From: Terriglobia bacterium
GTDB lineage: Bacteria > Acidobacteriota > Terriglobia > 20CM-2-55-15
Direction: 5' to 3'
NCBI GenBank assembly: GCA_965263045.1
Contig: CBDHGK010000022.1
Span: 4,808 to 68,807 of the forward strand
Length of the DNA: 64,000 nt
Of the stretch, positions 57,027 through 64,000 are shown piece by piece. The notes beneath the pieces were generated by a model. The model saw nothing but the letters and a program-made list of their open reading frames with translations. It was not told where the DNA came from and ran no database searches. The translations under genes were made by a program, and so were the position numbers. The first letter of the stretch is position 1. The number at the start of each line of letters is the position of its first letter.

Positions 57027-57492
57027 CTATTTTGGCGGGGCAGGCAGAGGGGCATGTTCCGCAATGATGGCTCGCGCCTGTGTCGTTAGAAGTTCCTTCT
57101 CCTTGGGCGTAAAGCGCCTGTCTCCGCTAACGCACTTGCTCACCCGATGGGTTTTGAGTTCAGTGACGAACATCTTCTCACCACGCAGTATGATGGGAAT
57201 GCCGCCAGCAATCGCGATCGCCTCCTGGCACTCTTTGATGGAGAACCCCGGCGGGCTGCGGAAGCGGTTTCTGAACGCTTCGTCTTCCGCAATGATGGCT
57301 CGCGCCTGCGTCGTCAGAAGTTCCTTCTCCTTGGGCGTAAAGTGCCTATCTCCGCTAATCCATTGTTTATCTATGACTCGAAGGTCGGTGATGAGCATCT
57401 GCTCCCCACCCAGTGTCACGGTCATGCCCAGAGTTGTCATGTCCCGGCCACGCGCAATCTGAATTGCCCTTCGGCAATCACTGATGGATCTC
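57027..57492 (-). CDS. Hypothetical protein made of two tandem ~75-aa repeats
   Basis: Repeat 1 is MRSISDCRRAIQIARGRDMTTLGMTVTLGGEQMLITDLRVIDKQWISGDRHFTPKEKELLTTQARAIIAE. Repeat 2 is SIKECQEAIAIAGGIPIILRGEKMFVTELKTHRVSKCVSGDRRFTPKEKELLTTQARAIIAE. The nucleotide segments 57060-57130 and 57300-57370 are about 93% identical. Confidence 0.45.
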
Positions 57493-57726
57493 ATCGCCAC
57501 GCTCACTTCCCCCTGTAGTGCTTCCCGGCCTCGGCGCCCAGGCCAAACTGGCACACGTCCAAGTCAATTAATCCCCGGTTTCCCCATTAAAATGATCGCG
57601 TTGCGTTGAACTTATGTGGCATCTACGTTATCCCCAGTGTTGAAAAACACAATGATAAGGCATCCTTCGGGATGATCCATGCAACAAGGTCGATGAGAAC
57701 GTGAACGGCACTATGCAAAGTAAGCG

Positions 57727-58898
57727 CTAAACCGTTCGGCAAGAAGTTTCGTTAAGCAACCGATCCCGTGTTTCTTTGATTTCGTCAATCACAGAGTCGA
57801 TTTCCTCATGGCATCGCCACGCCGGTATCCGTAGGACAGTCCAACTGAGTTTGGCCAGGACGCGGTCTCGTGCAAGGTCCTGGCGTCGTTGTCGCCCGCG
57901 GGCGTCCAAGTGCTGGTCTCCGTCCACCTCGACGTTCAGCTTGATCCCTTCTTCGAGCAGTGCAAAGTCGAGCTCGTACCCTTCCACGTCGAGCTTGGCG
58001 TAGGGCAAGAGATCCCCGAGTTGCATCGCGTCGAGCAGGAATCTCTCAGACGTGCTGTCCGTTCGGAACTCAGCGACCGGCGTGCCGGCGCCGTCGTTGC
58101 GTGTGACCTCATCGCGCAGGTAGGCTCGCAGGGAGGCCAGTGTTGGACTCCCCAACTCTCGAATGAGCGGGTGGCCGAGAACGATCAGGGCTCGACGCGC
58201 GCGGCTTACAGCCACGTTCAGGAGGTTTCTTTCCTTTTCTATCCAACGGGCTCCGCTCGGGGCCATGCCTGGAGACAGCACGGAAGAAAACAAGATCGCC
58301 TGACGCTCGCCGCCCTGAAACCGGTGTGCGGTTCCGCTAGCAAAATCGATTTCTTCCAGGCGATCCGGGCCGATTTGCGTCTTAGCGATCCGCTCGATGA
58401 GTTTCGCCTGCGCGGTGAACGGGGTCACCACGCCAACAGTCTCATAACCGGATTCGATGACCGCGCGAAGTTGTCTCACCGTTTGCTCCGCTTCCGCCCG
58501 GTTGAACCAGCTTCCAGCGGCGGGCCGTGTTGCCGCGCCGTCAACATCAACCCAGCAGATAGCGCGATCCCTCCGGGATGTATCGGAAACATCCGTCAAC
58601 ACGGTGAGTTCACCCTTGTAGAACGTCCTGTTGAACCACCGGGCGATGTGTGGGTGGCAGCGGTAGTGCTCGTTTAGAAGAACCGGTCTTTGAGGTCTCG
58701 CCGCAAACTCAAACGCGGAGTAGGCCGAACCGAATTTGTGGTGGATGCCGCGCGCGCGGAGATCGTCGTTGTCGAACCCGGTTTGCGCGGCGATCTCCTG
58801 CAAGAGTCCATCGCTGAGGGAAACGATCGGATTCAGTTGGCACGGGTCTCCCACGACCGCCAGACGTTTGGCACGGTAGACCAACGGCAGCACGCCCG
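57727..58898 (-). pseudogene. C-terminal part of an SF1 helicase-DUF559 (Vsr-like endonuclease fold) protein, separated from its N-terminal part by IS1182
   Basis: LPLVYRAKRLAVVGDPCQLNPI (SF1 motif following DEAS-Q), AAA_12-type C-terminal helicase region, then DUF559-like LNVEVDGDQHLDARGRQRRQDLARDRVLAKLSWTVLRI. Confidence 0.7.
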
Positions 58899-58902
58899 CT
58901 AG

Positions 58903-60452
58903 GAGCCTGCGCCGTAGGAAGTTAATGAGATAATTGTGTCGCAGTTAGGAGGAGAACGCGATGCCGACGACGTTTCGCCCGTACCACCCGGATCAGGGGT
59001 TGCTGCTGCCGCCGGATTTACGGGATTGGTTGCCGGAGGGGCACTTGGCGCACCATGTGAGCGATCTGGTGGACGGAATGGACTTGACGGCGTTTTACGC
59101 GCCTTACGAGGGGGACGGTCGTCGCAAGTCGCCGTATGAGCCGCGGATGATGGCGAAGGTGCTGATCTACGGGTACGCGACGGGGGTGTTCTCCTCCCGA
59201 GGGCTGGCGCGGAAGCTGGAGGAGGACGTGGCATTTCGGGTGTTGGCGGCGGGGAATTTTCCGAGCCATCGGACGATTTGCGAGTTTCGCCGGCGTCATT
59301 TGCCGGATTTCAAGGCGCTGTTTGTGGAGGTGGTCCGTCTGGCGCGTGAGACCGGGGTTGGGAACTTCGGCAAGTTGTCGATCGACGGGACGAAGGTTCG
59401 AGCCAACGCCAGCAAGCGCAAGGCGATGAGTTACGGTCGGATGCAGGAGAAGGAGCGGCGTCTGGAGGGCGAGATCAAAGCGTTGCTGTCGCGCGCGGGG
59501 GAGACCGACGCGGCGGAGGATGCGCGCTTTGGGAAGGCGTTTCGGGGCGACGAGTTGCCCGAGGAGTTGCGCCGGCGGGAGGACCGACTGGCGGCGATCC
59601 GGGCGGCGAAGGCGCGCCTTGAGGCGCGGCAGCGGGAGACGGACGACGGCCGTGGACGCGCAGCCGGTTCGAAGCGCAACCCGAAGGGCGGGCAGCCCTA
59701 CAAGCGGGAGTACGGGGAGCCGGACGCGAAGGCGCAGGACAACTTCACGGATCCGGAAAGCCGGATCATGAAGACCTCGTCGGAGGGATTTCAGCAGTGC
59801 TACAACGCGCAGGTGGCGGTGGAGGGAAAGAACCAGTTGATCGTCGCCACCGAGGTGTCGTCGAACGCCAGCGACCAGGGTCGGCTGGTCCCGCTGGTGG
59901 ACGAGGTGGAGGCCACCCATGGGGAACGGCCCGAGACGGTGCTGGCGGATGCGGGCTACTGCAACGAAGACGACCTTGAGGCGCTGGAGGCGCGCGGGGT
60001 GGACGGTTATGTGGCCTTGGGCCGGGAGGGCCGGAGCGCGGTCGCGGTGGACGCGGCCAGGCATCCGGCGAAGGCCCGCATGGCCGAAAAGCTGGCGACC
60101 GCGCCGGGACGGGCGCAGTACGCCCGACGCAAATGGCTGTCGGAGGCGCCCAACGGGTGGATCAAGGAAGTGCTCGGCTTCCGCCGATTCAGCCTGCGCG
60201 GCCTGAACAAGATCCAGGGTGAGTGGAACTTGGTGTGTCTGGCATTGAACGTCAAGCGGTTGCAGCAGCTTCAGGCAGCCTGATGACCGGGATACCGCCC
60301 GCAAATCAGGCCGTAAGAGGGTCGATTCAAGCACCTGTGGCGCACCGAGCGGCACCTCGTCGTCCAAAAGGCCCTTTCCCCGGCCACCGATGCCGATCGA
60401 TCGCCATCTCGCGTCATTCGCCGAGTCGAAAATCGTCCTACGGCGCAGACTC
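58903..60452 (+). mobile_element. IS1182-family insertion sequence (intact), flanked by a 4-bp CTAG target-site duplication
   Basis: IRs GGAGCCTGCGCCGTAGGA (58903) and TCCTACGGCGCAGACTCC (60436). CTAG at 58899-58902 and 60453-60456. Confidence 0.8.
58961..60283 (+). CDS. IS1182-family transposase (440 aa)
   Basis: N-terminal DUF772-type region (MPTTFRPYHPDQGLLLPPDLRDWLPEGHLAHHVSDLVDGMDL), and a C-terminal DDE domain (...LADAGYCNEDDLEALEARGVDGYVAL...). Confidence 0.8.
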   Translation: MPTTFRPYHPDQGLLLPPDLRDWLPEGHLAHHVSDLVDGMDLTAFYAPYEGDGRRKSPYEPRMMAKVLIYGYATGVFSSRGLARKLEEDVAFRVLAAGNFPSHRTICEFRRRHLPDFKALFVEVVRLARETGVGNFGKLSIDGTKVRANASKRKAMSYGRMQEKERRLEGEIKALLSRAGETDAAEDARFGKAFRGDELPEELRRREDRLAAIRAAKARLEARQRETDDGRGRAAGSKRNPKGGQPYKREYGEPDAKAQDNFTDPESRIMKTSSEGFQQCYNAQVAVEGKNQLIVATEVSSNASDQGRLVPLVDEVEATHGERPETVLADAGYCNEDDLEALEARGVDGYVALGREGRSAVAVDAARHPAKARMAEKLATAPGRAQYARRKWLSEAPNGWIKEVLGFRRFSLRGLNKIQGEWNLVCLALNVKRLQQLQAA

Positions 60453-60456
60453 CTAG

Positions 60457-62439
60457 GCTGCACTGGCTGGCCTCATCGACGATGACGAGATCAAATAGCC
60501 CGGATTCCAATGGGAAGTTGGAATCCGCTGTAAGTGCCGTACATGCCCAGCCTCGTAAGTGACGAAACGAATTGCCGATTGCTCGTTTGAAACGATCACT
60601 GTGGGCAGGAATCGTGTTGAAAGCCGCGAGGCGGTCAGCACCAGAGATGATCCGCGTTGCGGCGTCCACTCGGATCGCGCGGAGGCTTGCATCGGCCCAT
60701 TTCTGCTCGGCGTCCCGCACGCTGATCGCCGGGTCGCCGACTGCGGACTTCAGTTGTTGACGTTCGTTTCGTTTCTTTGCCAGTTGGGTGGCCAGCGTTG
60801 CCTTTCCCTGATCAATCCGTGCCCAGTTGGCGAGTTCCTCCAATGGTGCGGTTTCCAGGCAGCCGAGTCGTCTGCGTAAACGCCGCGCTCGAAAGCGACG
60901 GAACCACCACGTGCGCAACAACCGGCTGGCTCGCCGCTCGATTTCACGGGAACTGATGGGCCGTTCAGGAGAGTGTGCGTCCGTCCAGAGTGTTCGGGCC
61001 ACCTGTTTCAAGCTGCGCAGAAGGTCCTCGCGCTCCTCGACGACCCGCAAGAGTTCCGTGTCCAGTTCATCCAGCCGCGTCAGTTTCTCCATCAGCTGCG
61101 CGCGCTCGGTAGCGACGCGTTTCAACCCGGCCCGCGCGGCCGCCGGGTTGCCGCGGTACTCGGACGCCTGCTCCGACGCCGCAGTTATGCGACCCGGCAC
61201 CGCCAAGCGCTCATCACGATTTCCCGTGCGGACCAGCAGACCGCTACTCACGTCCTTGTCCGCGCGCTCTACGGCGACGTTAACCGCGCCGTTGTTGGTC
61301 GAGGTCACCAGGACCGTGTCACCGTCCAGCCAAGCGTTCGCAATCGCGTTCACAACGAGCTGCGTCTTGCCTGTCCCCGGCGGTCCGGTCACGATCACCA
61401 GAGGCTCCCTACGGAGACACTCCAGTGTCTCCTCCTGTGACTGGCTGCAGGGAAGTGGGGCGGCAAGAGGCCCGGACGGGTGCCCCGTGTCGTCCTTCTG
61501 CGCTAGACCGTCGGGGATAAGATGCGCCGCAGCCGTTGTCGACCAGTCTTTTCGGGTCTGCAGCTCCCGCAACTCCTCGCGAAGTTTGCTCGTGTATGAG
61601 GACGATTCGGCCGCAACTGAAATCGCGGCGTTGTAGACGCCGGGTTCGCGACTGATTATCGATTCGAGGCTTCCCGCGTTGAGAGGCGACATGATCTGTA
61701 GCCCGAGAAGGCTGGCCGTTCGTCCGGCGAGGGCAGCGAAAGCGTCGGCGTCGCCGAACGGCAAGCCGTGACTCAATAGGTCGCTGATCTCTTCGGTGAT
61801 CGACAAGTCGAAGATACCGCTCGCCGTGATGGCCAGGTTGAATTCCGGTTCCGTTTTCCCATGAACCGTCCACTGGTTGTCCGAACCTCGTTTCGGTTCG
61901 ATCTGGACAGCGAAAAGAGGGGTCACCTTGGGCATGTGATTGCGGTCGATCACAACCACGGTCGGCCAGCCGTAGATCATCGACCGTGTGCGCGATGTCA
62001 GTCTTTCGGAGAGTTTGCCGGGCGCCGGCATCGAGTCGCTCGTCCCGACCACGAGTTTCTCCTCCCCGGAGTGCAAGAACCACAGAGAGTTCTCCTGGAC
62101 ATATGGGACAAGCGATTCCGCTGCCTCCGCTTCAAGGCACCGTTGCAAATAACGGCACAGTTGCCGCCAGGCAGCATGCGTGCCGTCGTCAGCCGCCTGT
62201 GATGAACTCGACCGGCCGAGCCCAGCGGCCGCCACCCTATTCCGTGCTCCGCCCGCGCCATGTTTCGATGCGGATCGGACCGAGGAGTCCGCAGCACCGG
62301 CGCAGTCGGCGCACCACACCTTCTTCGACGATCGTGACCAGTGGGCGCGCCCGCCCGCCTTCAGCCTCGCCCCGCACGACCCGCAGCGTCCGGCGTACTT
62401 CAGAGGCACGAAACGTAAATCCTTCGGGAGTTTCATCAA
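60457..62439 (-). pseudogene. N-terminal part of the SF1 helicase-DUF559 gene (Zn-ribbon, Walker A/B)
   Basis: Zn-ribbon CGSCGARLKAGG...WCADC. Walker A VIVTGPPGTGKTQL. Walker B DLVIVDEASQCS, then the frame runs into the IS1182 IR. Confidence 0.7.
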
Positions 62440-63309
62440 CGGTCCTCCGTAGATCGAGCTTCACATCGGCGGAGAGATTTCGACTCAGAACGGAATGGAC
62501 AGTTGGCTGTGCTTCGCCACGCACTCAGACATCTCATCCTATTCCAAGATTGATGGGAGGTGAGCAATGCCGGGCCTCTTCGATAGTTCGTTGTCGACGT
62601 CTTCCAGTTCCCAGAGTGCTGCAAATATGGCGGCAGCTTTAGAATCCTGCATTGTTACCTCCAGCTCGCAAATGGCTCGCTTTGGCGTCTGCCGGGCCCG
62701 TCCAGAGTGATGGCTTCGCGCAATCTTTCCAGCAGCCCTTCAAGAAGATACGCCCATGCGCTCGCGGAGTTTACCCATTGTGCAGAATCATCCCACCCAA
62801 GGTTACTCCCGCAGCCAGTACCGCAATCGATACAGTGCTTAGTACAACGCTCGCATCCAGATAGCGCGCGCTCAGAAAAATAACAGAAAAACGAGGCCCT
62901 AAGGATGCTTCATCTACAACACGATGAACACTCGCAGCGGCGTCTGTCGGCGCGCCGAGAAATGTCCGGAGATCGAGCGGAATAACCGGCCTGAGTTTGC
63001 GCGGTACCGGATGTTTGCGGCCCAGCCCATAGCGTACCTGCCGAAAGATCCTGCGCGGTCATCGTTTCTCTCTCAAAGCTCGTGTCGTCCTCGCTCGACA
63101 CCGCTCGGCAATGAGTGTGTGTGCCTGGTCGGCGAGCTTGGCAACGGAGAGCAGGTTGACGAAACTGAAGCTCTGCGTGGTCTTCCACTGGCCCCCCTCG
63201 GGGTAGATCCGCGAAAAGGTGACGTTGTAATGGGTGATCCCGCCGACCTTGGGATTGCGCTGCGCAGTCAGCAGGGAGAGAATCAGACGCTCAGCATAGT
63301 AGCCACGCT

Positions 63310-63425
63310 CTTGTGGTTATTTAGTTGGTTCCTTCATTTTTCCGAATTCATTCTTAATCACATTTGATCTTGTCTTTTTCACAGACCCGCTGTGCTTAAT
63401 ACATGAATCTTAACTATTTGTTCTT
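63310..63425. promoter_or_regulatory. AT-rich region with repeated TTCTTAAT motifs next to the iterons; candidate DNA-unwinding element of an oriV
   Basis: ttatttagttggttccttcatttttccgaattcattcttaatcacatttgatcttgtctttttcac...cttaatacatgaatcttaactatttgttcttaatattg stands out against the ~63% GC background. Confidence 0.45.
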
Positions 63426-63436
63426 AATATTGTGTG

Positions 63437-63524
63437 TCCGCCCGTTTAGGCGCAAATCCCCGGGCAGTGTCCGCCCGTTTAGGCGCAAACATGTCGATTT
63501 AAATCCGCCCGTTTAGGTGTGGAA
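63437..63524. repeat. Three direct 20-bp iterons (TCCGCCCGTTTAGGCGCAAA, third copy degenerate) spaced 33-35 bp apart; candidate plasmid origin
   Basis: gtgtccgcccgtttaggcgcaaatcc / gtgtccgcccgtttaggcgcaaacatg / aaatccgcccgtttaggtgtgg at 63437, 63470 and 63505. Confidence 0.6.
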
Positions 63525-63689
63525 AACGCCTCCAGATCACTGGTTTCTGTGGAAAGTTTCAGAAGAGGGCAGGCGTTAGTGCCTTCCTTCAACGGCCTTC
63601 TAATGGCCGATTTCTCGCTGGCCCATAGGCTACAACTCGACTCTGCCACGGATTACGGTATGGCTTTCAGGGTATCCTTAGCCTATAGA

Positions 63690-64000
63690 CTATTTGACAA
63701 TCTGTGGTTGGCGGGTTGGGGTAATGGAGGGCGTGGACGGCAAGAGGATCAGAACTCCCCTCTCCGTCCGGTAGCGCAGGCCCGGCCAAGCCGTCTTAAT
63801 CTTATTCAACTCCCGGAGGCACTTTCTACGGAAGTAGTCAACGGTGCGCGTGTCGTTCGCCTTGTTTGGATTCACCCCGAATTGGCGGTATATCTGCTTC
63901 CAGGAAAGCTGTAGTGGGCGCGTCAGGGCAAAGGTCCGGCAGACAAGCCACAGGTAGAGATCGAGGCCCAGCGAAGAGCGTTTCAAGGCCTTCAGAATGT
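63690..64000 (-). CDS. Replication-initiator-like protein, C-terminal part (gene runs off the right edge of the window)
   Basis: ...LGLDLYLWLVCRTFALTRPLQLSWKQIYRQFGVNPNKANDTRTVDYFRRKCLRELNKIKTAWPGLRYRTERGVLILLPSTPSI. The reading frame is open to the window end, and it sits beside the iterons. The family call (RepA/RPA-like) is tentative. Confidence 0.4.
   Translation of the reverse strand, partial: ILKALKRSSLGLDLYLWLVCRTFALTRPLQLSWKQIYRQFGVNPNKANDTRTVDYFRRKCLRELNKIKTAWPGLRYRTERGVLILLPSTPSITPTRQPQIVK

Noticed and set aside
63519-63914. Plus-strand ORF 63519..63914 (131 aa) as an alternative to the Rep-like gene
   Set aside because: Its translation is low-complexity. The minus-strand frame has a more protein-like composition, remains open to the window edge, and is positioned relative to the iterons as an initiator gene would be.

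Overview
High-GC bacterial DNA (roughly 60-65% GC, with a few lower-GC islets) that reads as an accessory region heavily invaded by insertion sequences. On family-level protein motifs I recognise at least six IS families: two IS6 subtypes in 7 copies or fragments, three IS3 elements (one nested in another), IS30, IS630, IS21, and IS1182 (one intact, one truncated, one solo IR). There is also a previously unnoticed ~305-bp MITE in 3 copies with a perfect 17-bp TIR. The window contains a plasmid-like backbone: a Rep-like gene with 3 iterons and an AT-rich origin-like region, parA/parG, a TraD/MobC-like gene, a serine resolvase, and two toxin-antitoxin modules. Chromosomal-looking cargo includes a 1650-aa secreted NHL/cadherin/FN3/CARDB surface protein, a CarboxypepD_reg-type TonB-dependent receptor, Sel1-repeat proteins, MltD/SLT lytic transglycosylases, and Dps. 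The most interesting content is a ~20.5-kb insertion that splits the resolvase gene in two (25.3-45.8 kb). It carries a candidate anti-phage island: a 1475-aa reverse-transcriptase-nitrilase fusion (DRT type 1/UG-like), a 937-aa PHP-phosphoesterase-SMC/Rad50-like ABC ATPase fusion, an AlbA_2 (Schlafen-like) protein, and a RelE/ParE-AbrB TA pair. Elsewhere there is a low-GC two-gene HIT-hydrolase + HNH-nuclease cassette. A ~1050-aa SF1 helicase-DUF559 gene is cleanly split by IS1182 with a CTAG target duplication; removing the IS in silico restores the reading frame. No rRNA, tRNA or CRISPR arrays were recognised by eye. All protein-family calls are from motif recognition in the supplied translations, not database searches.
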